Positions 30,412 to 41,603 of a stretch of DNA of 64,000 nt are shown here, piece after piece. The DNA is from Acidobacteriota bacterium (GTDB lineage: Bacteria > Acidobacteriota > UBA6911 > RPQK01 > JAJDTT01), in assembly GCA_965263035.1 (NCBI GenBank), contig OZ253580.1:5664001-5728000 (forward strand), read 5' to 3'. The translations under genes were made by a program, and so were the position numbers. Each line of letters begins with the position of its first letter. The stretch's first letter is position 1. The notes under the pieces were generated by a model, which saw nothing but the letters and a program-made list of their open reading frames with translations, had not been told where the DNA came from and did not search any database.

Positions 30412-33210
30412 TTGTCACTGACGCCTGAACAGCGAGCACGCGAGGAGATCGACGCGCAGTTGGAGGCCTGCGGGTGGATGGTTCAGGACTTCGCGTCCAT
30501 GCACATCCACGCGAGGCGCGGCGTGGCCGTTCGGGAGTTTCCGCTGAAGTGGAAAGATGGCACCACGATCAAGTCCGGGTCGGCGGACTACCTGCTCTAT
30601 GCCGACGGGTGGGCCATTGGGGTCGTCGAGGCGAAGCCCGCGGGGCACACTCTCGAAGGGGTTGTTGTCCAGTCGAAGCGCTACACGGAAGGGCTTGACG
30701 AACGGATTCCCGCGCGGTACCGCCCCCTTCCCTTTGCCTACTAGTCCACCGGCAAGGTCACCCAGTTCACCAACGGCCTCGACCCACACCCGCGCAGCCG
30801 GGAGATCTTCACCTTCCACCGGCCCGAAGAGCTGATCCGGCAGCAAGACCTGGGATCGGCACAACTGCGCCGGACACTCCGGCAGATGCCGGTATTGCCG
30901 CAAGGCAGACTATGGCCCGTCCAGCACGAGGCCATCCGGAATCTCGAGCGGTCGCTCGCCCACGGCCGCCCCCGCGCACTGATTCAGATGGCCACCGGGA
31001 GCGGCAAGACCTTCACGGCGGTCTCAGCCTGCTACCGCCTTATCAAGCACGCCAATGCCAAGAGAATCCTCTTCCTGGTGGACCGCAACAATTTGGGACG
31101 CCAGACGCTGAACGAGTTCCAGCAGTTCCGAGATACTGGGTCCGCCTACACCTTTGCCGAGGAGTTCCCGGTCCAGCACCTGCGCGGCAACGCCATCGAT
31201 CCTGCCAGCAAGGTGGTCGTCACGACGATTCAGCGGCTTTACTCGATCCTCAAGGGCGATCCGGAGTACGACCCGGCCAACGAGGACGAATCGCTCTTCG
31301 AGTCTGCCCGCCTGCCGCGCAGCGAGCCCGTCCCCGTCTCCTACATCCCGGACCTTCCCGTCGAGACCTTCGACTTCATCATCATCGACGAGTGCCACCG
31401 ATCCATCTACAACGTGTGGCGGCAGGTGATCGAGTACTTCGACGCCTTCCTGATCGGTCTGACGGCGACCCCGAGTCCCCGCACCATCGGGTTCTTCCAC
31501 AATAACGTCGTGCAGGACTATTCGCACACCAAGGCGGTGACGGACGGGGTCAACGTCGGCTACGACGACTATCGCATCAAGACGAAGATTTCAGAGGAGG
31601 GCGGAAGCGTGGAAGCGGGGCAGTACGTGCCCAAGCGCGACCGCCGCACCAGAAAGACAACGCTCGCGGAGCTGGAGGACGACCTCACCTAAACCGCGAA
31701 CCAACTCGACCGCGACGTGGTCGCCCCGGACCAGATTCGGCTCGTTGCGCGCACCTTCCGCGACCGGCTCTTCACGGAGATCTTCCCGGGGCGCACTGAG
31801 GTTCCCAAGACCCTCGTCTTCGCCAAGTACGACAGCCACGCCGACGACATCGTGAATATCGTCAAGGAGGAGTTCGGGAAGGGGAACGACTTCTGCCGGA
31901 AGATCACCTCGAAGACGACCGGCGTCTCGCCGGAGGACCTGCTGAGCAGCTTCCGCAATTCCTACAACCCGCGCATCGCGGTCACGGTGGACATGATTGC
32001 GACCGGCACCGACGTGAAGCCGCTCGAGTGCATCCTCTTCCTGCGTAACGTCAACTCGGCGGGCTACTTCGAGCAGATGAAGGGGCGCGGGGTGCGCGTC
32101 ATCGACCGCGACGACCTGCAAAGCGTGACCCCGGACGCGCAGGACAAGACGCACTTCGTGATCGTCGACGCGGTCGGCGTGTGCGAGCGGGACAAGACGG
32201 TGTCGCCGCCGCTGGAGCGCAAGCCCTCGGTCAGCACGAGGAAGCTGCTCCAGATGGCGGCGATGGGGATGGTGCACCCGGACCTGGTGTCGAGCCTGGC
32301 CTCGCGTTTGGCGCGGCTGGGCCGGCAGGTGGACGGGAACCAAGCGGCCCGGATCGCGCAGGAATCGGGCGGAGAGAGTCTCGCGGAGCTGACCGGGCGG
32401 CTGCTGGAGAGCATCGACCCGCAGGCGACGCACGAGGCGGCGGTGGAGAAGTGCGGGCTTGCCGATGACGACGAGCCGACGCCGGAACAACTGGACACCG
32501 TCGAGCGCGAGCGCATGACCGAGGCGCTCAAGCCCTTCACCCGGCCGGGGCTTCGACGGGCGATCGTCGAGATCACGCATAGCCTCTACCAGATCATCGA
32601 CGAAGCCACCATCGACGTGCTGCTCGACTTCGGGCACAGCGAGGCGGCGGTCGCGAGTGCGCGCTCCAAGCTGGACGACTTCCGGAGATTCCTCGAAGAG
32701 AACAAGGAAGAGATCGAGGCGCTCCGCATTCTGTACAGCCGGCCCTACCGCACGGGACTCCGCTACGGTCACGTCAGGGAGCTTCGCGACGCGCTCGGGA
32801 GTCCGCCCGTGGCGCTGCACAGGCCGGAGGACGGGCTTTGGCGGCTCTACGAGGCGCTCGAGCCGGAGCGGGTGAAGGGGCGGGGCGGGAGTGCGCTGGT
32901 GGACCTGGTGGCGATCGTCAAGCACGTGCTCCGGCCCGAGGAGCCGCTCGTGCCCGTGGCCGACCAGGTGGAGGCGCGCTACAGGGCGTGGCTGGAGGAG
33001 AAGGCGCACGGCGGGCAGGAGTTCACGGTCGATCAGCGGCGGTGGCTGGATGCGATCAAGGACCACATCGCGTCTAGCCTCGCGATCGAGCGGGAGGACT
33101 TCGAGGACGTGCCGTTCAACCGGTGGGGCGGTCTGGGTGCCGTGTGCAAGGCGTTCGGCGAGGACCTAGACGCGGTGCTGGCCGAGCTGAATAAGAGGCT
33201 GGCGGCGTGA
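30412..33210 (+). pseudogene. hsdR: Type I R-M HsdR (EcoEI-like) with two in-frame stops
   Basis: Three ORFs in one frame: ADYLL...EAK, MATGSGKT, DECHR, LTATP, QMKGRG; TAG at 30742 (PFAY*STG), TAA at 31690 (DLT*TANQ). Confidence 0.9.
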
Positions 33211-34691
33211 GGGAGCTGCCGGAGGGGTGGGTGGAGGTGAGGTTGGGAGAGGTGTGGAGGCGAGGACGAAGATCGTCCGTTGTGCCCGCAAACGAGCCAC
33301 ATCGGGTTTTCGAATTGTACAGCGTACCATCCTTCCACATCGGGGTACCTGATCGCCCCTTCGGCTCCGAGATCGGCTCATCCAAGCAGCAGGTCACGCC
33401 CGGTTCAGTGCTTATGTGCCGGATTAATCCGCGGATCAATCGCGTCTGGATGGTCGGAGATGCCGGAAGGGATCCGCAGATCGCTTCAACCGAGTGGATC
33501 TCCCTTCCACGGGTGCCCGGCATTGCGCCGCATTTCGCCATGTATGCACTTCAGACGCCAGATGTGCGGCAACACTTGACATCGAACATCTCAGGCGTGG
33601 GTGGCTCTCTCATGCGGGTCCGCATGGATCCCCTGTGGCGCACCCGCATCCCCCTCGCCCCGCTCCCCGAGCAGCACCGCATCGTCGCGAAGATCGAGTC
33701 GCTGTTCGCGAAACTCGACGAGGGCGTGGCCGCGCTCCAGCGGGCGCAGGCCAACCTGGAGCGCTACCGCGCCTCCGTCCTCAAGGCAGCAGTCGATGGA
33801 AGGCTGACCGAACAGTGGCACAGGGAGAATCCGTCCGATGAAACCGGCGCAGAACTGCTTCGGCGCATTCTGGCCGAGCGCCGGAAACGCTGGGAAGAGG
33901 AACAGCTCGCCAATTTCGAGGCGAAGGGAAGGAAGCCGCCCCGGAACTGGAAGGCGAAGTACAAGGAGCCTGTGGAACCGGACACCAGAAATCTGCGGGA
34001 GCTACCCGACGGATGGTGTTGGGCCACGGTTGATCAACTCGGCCGGGTAATTGGGGGGCTGACAAAGAACCCGGCCAGGCGGAATCTGTCACTCCGATTG
34101 CCCTATCTGCGTGTCGCGAACGTCTACGCTGACGAGATGAGATTGGACGACATAAGGACGATTGGCGTTACGAAGGCGGAACTCGACCGGGTTTCGCTAC
34201 TGCCCGGAGACTTATTGATAGTGGAGGGAAATGGGAGTGCAGATCAGATAGGGCGGGTTGCCCTGTGGGATGGCACCATAAAACCCTGTGTCCACCAAAA
34301 CCACCTCATCAAGGTCCGTTTTGGTCGATACATCCGTCCACGTTGGCCCCTCATGTGGCTGCTTTCACCGGCTGGTCGCTCCACCGTGCTGCACAGGGCT
34401 AGTTCGACATCGGGTCTGCATACGCTCAGTCTCTCGAAGGTCAGGTCACTCCCAATCCCGCTGCCACCGCGCTTGGAACAGGCGGAAGCGGAACGAGCCG
34501 CCAGCACCTTGCGGGACGCCACCCAGATCGTAGAAGATGGGCTCGGAGCCGGAACCATCCGCGCTGACGCCCTCCGCCAATCCATCCTCAAGCGCGCCTT
34601 CGAGGGCCGCTTGGTCCCCCAGGACCCCGCCGACGAGCCTGCGTCTGTTCTATTCGACCGAATCCGCGCCCAGCGGCGTGTGCGGAGCTGA
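33207..34691 (+). CDS. hsdS: Type I R-M specificity subunit HsdS
   Basis: ELPEGW, PLAPLPEQHRIV, ELPDGWCW, LRQSILKRAFEGRLVPQDP.DEPAS. Confidence 0.93.
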   Translation: MRELPEGWVEVRLGEVWRRGRRSSVVPANEPHRVFELYSVPSFHIGVPDRPFGSEIGSSKQQVTPGSVLMCRINPRINRVWMVGDAGRDPQIASTEWISLPRVPGIAPHFAMYALQTPDVRQHLTSNISGVGGSLMRVRMDPLWRTRIPLAPLPEQHRIVAKIESLFAKLDEGVAALQRAQANLERYRASVLKAAVDGRLTEQWHRENPSDETGAELLRRILAERRKRWEEEQLANFEAKGRKPPRNWKAKYKEPVEPDTRNLRELPDGWCWATVDQLGRVIGGLTKNPARRNLSLRLPYLRVANVYADEMRLDDIRTIGVTKAELDRVSLLPGDLLIVEGNGSADQIGRVALWDGTIKPCVHQNHLIKVRFGRYIRPRWPLMWLLSPAGRSTVLHRASSTSGLHTLSLSKVRSLPIPLPPRLEQAEAERAASTLRDATQIVEDGLGAGTIRADALRQSILKRAFEGRLVPQDPADEPASVLFDRIRAQRRVRS

Positions 34692-34919
34692 CGAGGCGCT
34701 CTCGATCTTCTGACTCATGCACGAGTCCCGTTCAGCTATGGAATCGCTCGTGGATCGGCGCTACTATTGCTCCTCGGTCTACCCTCTGCTCTTCGTCGGC
34801 CGTGCCGTTTGCGTCTCCAAGTGGCTGTAGGACGCCCCGGAGGCGGGACACCGTACGGCCTTCCCGATTCCTTCCGCGGCGAGAGAAACAATGAACAGCC
34901 TGCACATCTCAGGTATCCG

Positions 34920-35174
34920 ATGAGTCGCCACGGGCGGCTGGTGCGGACCATTCTCCGCAGGCGGTCGGATGCCAACATTCGGCTCGACGCACTGCGCGCC
35001 CTGATGCGGTATCTTGGATTCGAGGAGCGTGTGCGCGGCAGCCACCACATCTTCGACAAGGAAGGCATCGTGGAACTCGTCAATCTGCAAGGCCGTGGCG
35101 GACAGGCCAAGCCCTATCAAGTGAGGCAGGTTCGACGGCTGATCCTCAAATACAAGCTGGGAGCCGATGGCTAA
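34920..35174 (+). CDS. hicA: HicA-family toxin
   Basis: LGFEERVRGSHHIF, AKPYQVRQV. Confidence 0.9.
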   Translation: MSRHGRLVRTILRRRSDANIRLDALRALMRYLGFEERVRGSHHIFDKEGIVELVNLQGRGGQAKPYQVRQVRRLILKYKLGADG

Positions 35175-35386
35175 TGTACAAGTACGAGATCATTCTGTAC
35201 TGGAGCAACGAAGATCAAGCTTTCGTCGCCGAGGCGCCCGAGTTGCCCGGGTGCATGGCGCATGGAGACGATCAAGAGTCCGCGCTGGGGAACATCAAGG
35301 AAGCGATGCGATTCTGGATCGATAGGGCACGGGAGTTGGGACGACCCGTGCCGCAACCCAAGGGCGAGCGCCTGACGTTGGCGTAA
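35174..35386 (+). CDS. hicB: HicB-family antitoxin (short)
   Basis: YEIILYWSNEDQAFVAEAPELPGCMAHG...GRPVPQPKG. Confidence 0.92.
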   Translation: MYKYEIILYWSNEDQAFVAEAPELPGCMAHGDDQESALGNIKEAMRFWIDRARELGRPVPQPKGERLTLA

Positions 35387-35558
35387 CCAGTCGGCTACTC
35401 CTGCGGCCACTCCATGAGCCTCGCGTTCGTCGCAAGATTCGCCTTTCGCTGCTAGCTCCTCGAAAACGGCCGCCCGAAGTCTGACAAAATCGATTTGAGC
35501 CCCGGCGAGCGGCGGCCGCGCTCGCGAATGCGATCAAGCTTCATGGAAAGTAGAGGAA

Positions 35559-35719
35559 GTGAGCACGTTTGGAGAAAACCTGATCCAGTCCCTGAACGAA
35601 ACCTTGTCCCATGGGAAGGGCGAGGGTCCCGCCATCGTTCACGCCCCGATTTTTCCCGCGCGAGGTTTCGGATGCAGGCGAAGCTGACTCAAGCTCAAAT
35701 GGCGGCCCTCATGGGGTAA
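35559..35719 (+). pseudogene. HigA-like XRE antitoxin remnant
   Basis: MSTFGENLIQSLNETLSHGKGEG...PREV, frameshift to RMQAKLTQAQMAALMG, then stop. Confidence 0.6.
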
Positions 35720-35767
35720 AGCAGGGTCGCAAGATCGAGCCACCGCCGCTCTCTCAGGAGAAGCGAC

Positions 35768-36565
35768 ATGAAGATCCTCGTAATCGCGGGTCCGAACGGA
35801 GCCGGCAAGACGACGTTTGCACGGCGCTACCTGAAGCGCGAAGGGGATCGGCGCCGTTTCGTGAACGGTGACGACATCGCCGCAAAGCTGCGTCCAGACG
35901 ACCCCGCCGCCGTTGCGCAGAAGGCGGGGAGGTTGGCGTTGCGCGAGATGGAGGCCCACGTCGCGCGCGGCGAAGATTTCGCAACCGAGACCACGCTCAG
36001 TGGCAGAGCCTACGCCAAGAGGATCAGGCGGTGTCGGGCCGCCGGATATCGGGTCGCCATCATCTACCTTCGGGTGCTGAGCGCCGATCACTCCGTTGCG
36101 CGTGTCGCCCAACGCGTTCGCGAAGGAGGGCACCACATTCCGGAGCCCGTGATCCGCCGGCGCTTCGAGCGGAGCTGGAGGAACTTCCGCGACCTTTACC
36201 GGAAGGTTGTGGACGACTGGCGGGTGTACGACAATTCCGGCGAGGTTCCGGTTCTGCTGGAGGAGTCCGAGGAATGGAATGCAGTCCGCGAGCCGGGCAC
36301 GAAGTGGCGGCCATCAGGCCCCAGGCAACGAACCACAGATTCCGGGAGGCAACAAATGACAGAGCAGCCGTGGAGATTTCCGGAAGGGGAACCATCGAAC
36401 GAGAGCATTCTCGCCGCCCTTGTCCTCGCACGGAAGGACGCCATGCGCAGGGTAGCGGAATACGAAGCCAAGGAAGCGGCGAAGGCAGCGGCGGAAGCGG
36501 GGGGCGGCGACGGTGAAGCGCAGCTGACTCAACCCGTCGCAGAAGGCGAGCCCGTTGGCGGTTGA
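35768..36565 (+). CDS. Zeta-toxin-like P-loop kinase with fused C-terminal module
   Basis: IAGPNGAGKTT, FVNGDDIA, FATETTLSG, RVREGGHHIPE, VYDNS. Confidence 0.85.
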   Translation: MKILVIAGPNGAGKTTFARRYLKREGDRRRFVNGDDIAAKLRPDDPAAVAQKAGRLALREMEAHVARGEDFATETTLSGRAYAKRIRRCRAAGYRVAIIYLRVLSADHSVARVAQRVREGGHHIPEPVIRRRFERSWRNFRDLYRKVVDDWRVYDNSGEVPVLLEESEEWNAVREPGTKWRPSGPRQRTTDSGRQQMTEQPWRFPEGEPSNESILAALVLARKDAMRRVAEYEAKEAAKAAAEAGGGDGEAQLTQPVAEGEPVGG

Positions 36566-38058
36566 CCACTCCCGCCAAGTCGTCAACAAGGCGTGGAGCT
36601 TCGCGCACCTGCTTCGCGACGACGGCCTTTCCTACATGGCCTACACGGAGCAGATCACGTTCCTGCTGTTCCTGAAGATGGCCCATCAGCGGACCCAACC
36701 GCCTTGGAATCGCCCCCCATCGTGCCTGCCGGATTCGACTGGCCGAGCCTGCTCGCCCGCGACGGCGAGGAGTTGGATGCCCACTACCGGCGCATCCTGA
36801 CGGAGCTTCCCAGACAGGGAGGGATGCTGGGGGAGATCTTCAAGAAGGCCCGTCAGGAGATCCAGAATCCGGCCACGCTGAAGCGCCTGATCGTCGACCT
36901 GATCGACCCCGAGGACTGGATGTCGATGCGCGCGGACGTGAAGGGGGACATCTACGAGGGCCTGCTGGCCAAGTCGACCCAGGAGTCGCCGAAGGGCGCG
37001 GGCCAGTACTTCACGCCCCGCGAACTGATCAAGGCCATCGTGGACTGCGTGCGGCCGGGTCCCGACGACACGGTCTGCGACCCCGCCTGCGGGACCGGCG
37101 GATTCCTCCTGGCCGCCCATGACTACGTGTCCGAGAGCACGGCAGCAGCTTGGATCCCGACCGGAAGTGCCATCTACGGCAGGACTTCGTGCGGGGTTGG
37201 GAGATCGTGCCCGCGACCGCCCGACTCTGCATCATGAACCTCTACCTGCACGGGATCGGCCCGGACGAGTCCCCGATCCGGTCGGGAGTCGACAGCCTGG
37301 CCAACGATCCCGGCGAGCGCTTCTCGATGGTGCTCACCAACCCCCCGTTCGGCAAGAAGAGCAGCGTCCGAATCGTGAACGAGGAGGGCAAACTGGAGGC
37401 GGAGTCCCACGCCTACGAGCGGCAGGACTTCTGGACCGGCACCAAGAACAAGCAACTGAACTTCCTCCAGCACGTGAAGACGCTGCTCAGGATGCACGGC
37501 GCCTGCGCCATTGTCGTGCCGGACAACGTCCTGTTCGAGGGTGGCGCAGGCGAGACCGTGAGGCGCAACCTGCTCCAAGCATTCGACGTGCACACCCTCC
37601 TCCGCCTCCCGACCGGGATCTTCTACGCCCAGGGCGTGAAGGCGAACGTCCTGTTCTTCGACGCCAGGCCCGCGCGCGAGAAGCCCTGGACGGAGCGGCT
37701 CTGGGTCTACGACCTACGCACGAACAGGCACTTCACGCTCAAGATGAAGCCGCTCCGGCGAGCGGATCTTGACGACTTCGTGGCCTGCTACCGGCCGGGC
37801 GAGCGCCACTTGAGAGAGCCGACGTGGAGCCCGGACAACGAGGGCGGCCGCTGGAGGGCGTTCGAGTACGACGAACTGGCCAAGCGGGACAAGCTGAACC
37901 TGGATCTCCTGTGGATCAGGGACAGGGCTCTGGAGGACAGTGAGAATCTCCCGGAGCCGGAAGTGCTGGCTGCCGAGATCGTGGAAGACCTACACGCCGC
38001 CTTGGAGGCGTTCCAAGGAATCGCCCAGGAACTGGAGTCGTCGGGAAATGCTGCATAG
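36555..38058 (+). pseudogene. hsdM: Type I R-M HsdM with two -1 frameshifts
   Basis: LRDDGLSY..Y.EQ; GAGQYFTPR, DPACGTGGFL; NPPFG; shifts at C6 run 36713-36718 and near 37135. Confidence 0.9.
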
Positions 38059-38100
38059 CTGAGCCTCGCCAGTCGCCGATTCGGGGCCGGTGGCGAAGAG

Positions 38101-38122
38101 GGGGACAAGGATGTCCCCGCTC
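38101..38122. repeat. REP-like hairpin forming the 5' exon of the intron
   Basis: GGGGAC-AAGGAT-GTCCCC-GCTC|C; uninterrupted relatives at 56688 and 59800. Confidence 0.8.
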
Positions 38123-38752
38123 GTGCGCCCGACATGGGCTGTATCTAAGGGATGAAAGATCCCAAGGGAGGTGATGGGACCAACCCTAGCCGAACCGCAA
38201 GGCGTAGCCGCGAGGTGAAGCTGAAGGAAGCGGAAGGCAAACCCACGACCGCAGGAACACGAACCGGCAGTGAGGCCGGGTGCGGGCGGTGAGCTGGCGA
38301 GCAACAGCGAAACCCGAACCCCATCCAGACGCATCAGGTAGAGCCGGGCGGCCCGGGGGGAAAGATGCAGCACCTTACTCGGGGAGATCTCAAGGGTGAG
38401 AGCCTTTGAGAAGTCAGCAGAGGTCATAGTAGCGAAGAAGCCGGATAATGCCGGTGGAGCGAAGGACCGAAGGAGTCGGACTGGCCCTATGGTGGACTCG
38501 TCAGCGGGATCGCAACTACCTCCGAAAACGGGGCGGGGGGAGGCCCCTCGGACCCGGCATGGAAGGCCCACGGGTGGAGCCCGGCAAGCCGGAAGGGCGG
38601 AGATCAAGTCTCAGCGGCGGCGGAAACCGGAAAGAAAGGCCCTGTACGAGGCTCGAAAGAGCCTCGGGTGACTCCAACCGCCGGATACTGAAAACGGTAC
38701 GTCCGGTGGTGTGGGAGGGTGCGGGGGCGCAATCCCCTGCACTCGACCCGAT
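38123..38752 (+). ncRNA. Group IIC intron lacking a reverse-transcriptase ORF (630 nt)
   Basis: 5' GTGCG; GAGAAGTCAGCAGAGGTCATAGTA and AAGGACCGAA core motifs; domain V AACCGCCGGATACTGAAAACGGTACGTCCGGTGGTG (CGC triad); domain VI ending CCCGAT; only a 60-codon remnant (38489-38671) in domain IV. Confidence 0.9.
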
Positions 38753-38821
38753 CCAGGACGCGGCCATGTTTTTCTTGGAAGTGAGGTTCCGATTGAAGAT
38801 GGAAGTCCTGCCCGTCCCGAA

Positions 38822-39778
38822 TCAGCGGCGCCCGTCCAGGCTCCCGTTCCAGGGTGGAACCACCACCGTCACGTCGCCGTAGCACTTGGATTGGCACGCC
38901 AGCCGGATGACGGGATGGGTCTCGTCGTGGGAAGAGGAGTCGAGGTACCCGAAGTAATTCAGGCGCCGGCGCTCGTGTTCGCTCAGCTCGACGACGTTCT
39001 CCCGGCCGCTCAGGATGCCGATCCAGCAGTACCCGCACGAGGCCACCCGGCATTCGACGGGGATCGGTCCGGCGATGCACCGGTGGTCCCGGGTCTGATA
39101 GTCCCGTTCATCCCCGGCGGAGGCGGAGGACAGGTCCTGTCCTTCGATGCAGGAGAACGTCGCGTCCCGCTTGGATTCGTCGAAGCGGACCGTGAACTTT
39201 CGGTTGACGGTCCGGAGAAAGCCGAAGAGCCCTTGACTGGTCTTGCGAGATCGGTGTTTGAGGATCTTCTCGGGCATGGGCCGCTTGGAACGCGGCGTTC
39301 CGGACCCGGAACCGCTCCGGAAGGGTTGCGCTCCCACCTGCTGGAACGCCATTAATGCCACCGCCGAGATCCCCAGCAGGAGGGATTTCCGCACCTTGAG
39401 GTGGGCCGCTACGCCGCCCGCCAACCTGCGGATCTCGCTCCCGAGGCTCTCCAGGTCCAGGTGGGAAGCCGATTCGCTCCGCTGGAGCAGAGCCTCCTTC
39501 ACCCGGTTCCAATAGATCGATCCGTACAGGAATTCGACGGACTCGTCCAACTGTTGCTCCAGCCGGTAGCGGCCGTCCAGGAGATACTCCCGTGCCGTCA
39601 CCGCCTCGTCGATGGATTCATGAAGGAGCCGGCGGAGTTTCAGAGGCCAGAAGCCGAACCAGATTCGGGTCCCCTCCCGGTCCACGGGATGAAGCGAGGG
39701 CTCCAGGTCCGCCAGCACTCTGTCCCATGCCGGTTCGTCGTGCCGGTTCAAGAAATCTCGGAAAGCATCCATGTCCAT
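38822..39778 (-). CDS. Protein with C-terminal 2Fe-2S ferredoxin domain
   Basis: CRVASCGYC...RLACQ cluster ligands; N-terminal helical domain unknown. Confidence 0.75.
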   Translation of the reverse strand: MDMDAFRDFLNRHDEPAWDRVLADLEPSLHPVDREGTRIWFGFWPLKLRRLLHESIDEAVTAREYLLDGRYRLEQQLDESVEFLYGSIYWNRVKEALLQRSESASHLDLESLGSEIRRLAGGVAAHLKVRKSLLLGISAVALMAFQQVGAQPFRSGSGSGTPRSKRPMPEKILKHRSRKTSQGLFGFLRTVNRKFTVRFDESKRDATFSCIEGQDLSSASAGDERDYQTRDHRCIAGPIPVECRVASCGYCWIGILSGRENVVELSEHERRRLNYFGYLDSSSHDETHPVIRLACQSKCYGDVTVVVPPWNGSLDGRR

Positions 39779-40058
39779 GACTCGCTGTGGGCTTATTTCT
39801 TCAGAACAAACGTCAGGTGGGCCAACGCCCCGGAATCGTTTCCGTCAGGCCGTCAGTGGTGAGGTTCGTGTCCAACCACGTCTATATCCAACTTCCATGA
39901 TTCATTTTGCGGGCGCCATGATATCGCAGTTCCGGCGTTGAAGTAGTCCCTCGACGTAATGAGGCCCGCCGCAAGGGACCACGGAACCGATTCGTGACGA
40001 CTTGGCCTGCACGCGGGTTTTCGGTAGAGTTCCGACTTCTCCTGGAGAAATTTACCCG

Positions 40059-41603
40059 ATGCTGCACTATTTGAGATGGCCCGATTTTCTGGTCATCTGC
40101 CTGAATCTGGGGGCCATGGTCGCCATCGGGATCTACACCTCCCGCCGAAGCAAGTCATCGGAGGCCTACTTCCTGGCCGGCCGCAACATGCCCGGTTGGG
40201 TGGTGGGGATCTCACTGATGTCCACCATCATCAGCTCCATGACCTTCCTGGCCATGCCCGGCTTCGCCTTCCAGCAGGACTGGCGTTACATCCCCGGCCA
40301 CATGACCTATCTCATCGCCAATCTGGCGGCGCTTTTCCTGTTCATGCCCTTCTTTCGAGCCGGCCGGTTCCCCTCGGCCTACGCCTATCTGGAACGCCGC
40401 TTCGGGACCTGGGCCCGGCTCTACGCCGGCGCCGGCTTCATCCTCTTCCAGGTGTTTCGGCTGGGCGTCATCCTCTACGCCGTCTCCCTGGCCATCGAGA
40501 CCCTCAGCGGTTTTCCGATGCCCCTCATCATCGTGGTCTTCGGCGTCCTGGTGGCTTTTTACACCACAGCCGGGGGACTTGAGGCGGTGATCTGGACCGA
40601 TGTGCTCCAAGGGGTGGCCCTGGTGGGAGGAGGGCTCCTGTGCGTGCCGGTGGTGGCCACGCTTCTCCCCGGAGGGTTGGAACAGATCCTGACCGAGGCG
40701 TACTCGGCCGGGAAGTTCTCCGTCGGAAGCACCCATTTTTCCTGGAACGAGAAGACGCTCTGGGTCACGACGCTGTTGTACTTCTTCCTCTTCCTCCAGA
40801 TCATGAGCACCGACCAGATGACGGTCCAACGTTACTCCGCCATGAAGACGGACCGGGAAGCCCGAAAAGGCGTCATCCTGGGCGCCTTCTCCGCGGTTTC
40901 GGTCTGGCTCTATTTCACCTTCGTGGGGACCGCCCTCTACGTCTTCTACAATCATTTCCCGACTCCGGAGTTGTCCGGTCTGGCGCCCGAGCAGGTCTTC
41001 CCCTTCTTCATCCTTACGCAGATGCCCGCCGGACTGGCCGGGTTGATCGTCTCGGGTCTTCTGGCGGCTGCCATGTCCACGCTCGACTCCAGCATCAACG
41101 CCTCCGCCGCCACCGTGACCACCGACTTTTACCGGCGGCTGTTCGCGCCGGACCGGGAGGAGGTGCACTACGTCAGGGTCGGACGCTGGCTCTCGGTGGC
41201 CTTCGGGGCGGTCATGATCGGGGCGGCGCTGACCATCTACCTCACCCGGACCGAGACCCTCATGGACCTCCAGAGCCTCCTCATGTCCATTCTCAGTGGA
41301 GGCCTGCTGGGGCTCTTCCTGCTGGGGTTCCTCACCCGGCGAGTGGACAGCCGATCGGCCGCCGCGGCCACCGTCTGCGTCGTGGCCGGCGTCTGCCTCT
41401 GGGTCTTCGTGGGCAGTGAGACGGGCGCGCGTCTGTGGCCGGCGGTGGCACGCGTCTTTCCGGACCGGTTCTGGATCATCGTGCTGGCCAATGTGGCCCT
41501 GCTGGGACTGGGATACCTGGTCAGTTGGCTTCCGAGGAAGGGTCCGGCCCGGGATCTGACGAACCTGACGATTTGGACGCAGAAACAGCGACCGCCGGGC
41601 TAG
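40059..41603 (+). CDS. Sodium:solute symporter (SSS)
   Basis: YFLAGR, YLERRF, GGLEAVIWTD, DQMTVQRY, AAMSTLDS. Confidence 0.93.
   Translation: MLHYLRWPDFLVICLNLGAMVAIGIYTSRRSKSSEAYFLAGRNMPGWVVGISLMSTIISSMTFLAMPGFAFQQDWRYIPGHMTYLIANLAALFLFMPFFRAGRFPSAYAYLERRFGTWARLYAGAGFILFQVFRLGVILYAVSLAIETLSGFPMPLIIVVFGVLVAFYTTAGGLEAVIWTDVLQGVALVGGGLLCVPVVATLLPGGLEQILTEAYSAGKFSVGSTHFSWNEKTLWVTTLLYFFLFLQIMSTDQMTVQRYSAMKTDREARKGVILGAFSAVSVWLYFTFVGTALYVFYNHFPTPELSGLAPEQVFPFFILTQMPAGLAGLIVSGLLAAAMSTLDSSINASAATVTTDFYRRLFAPDREEVHYVRVGRWLSVAFGAVMIGAALTIYLTRTETLMDLQSLLMSILSGGLLGLFLLGFLTRRVDSRSAAAATVCVVAGVCLWVFVGSETGARLWPAVARVFPDRFWIIVLANVALLGLGYLVSWLPRKGPARDLTNLTIWTQKQRPPG

Noticed and set aside
30742-31692. Stop-codon reassignment to explain the in-frame stops in hsdR and the PIN toxin
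   Set aside because: All three stop types occur, at positions expected to encode different residues, and TAG, TAA and TGA all end normal genes in this window
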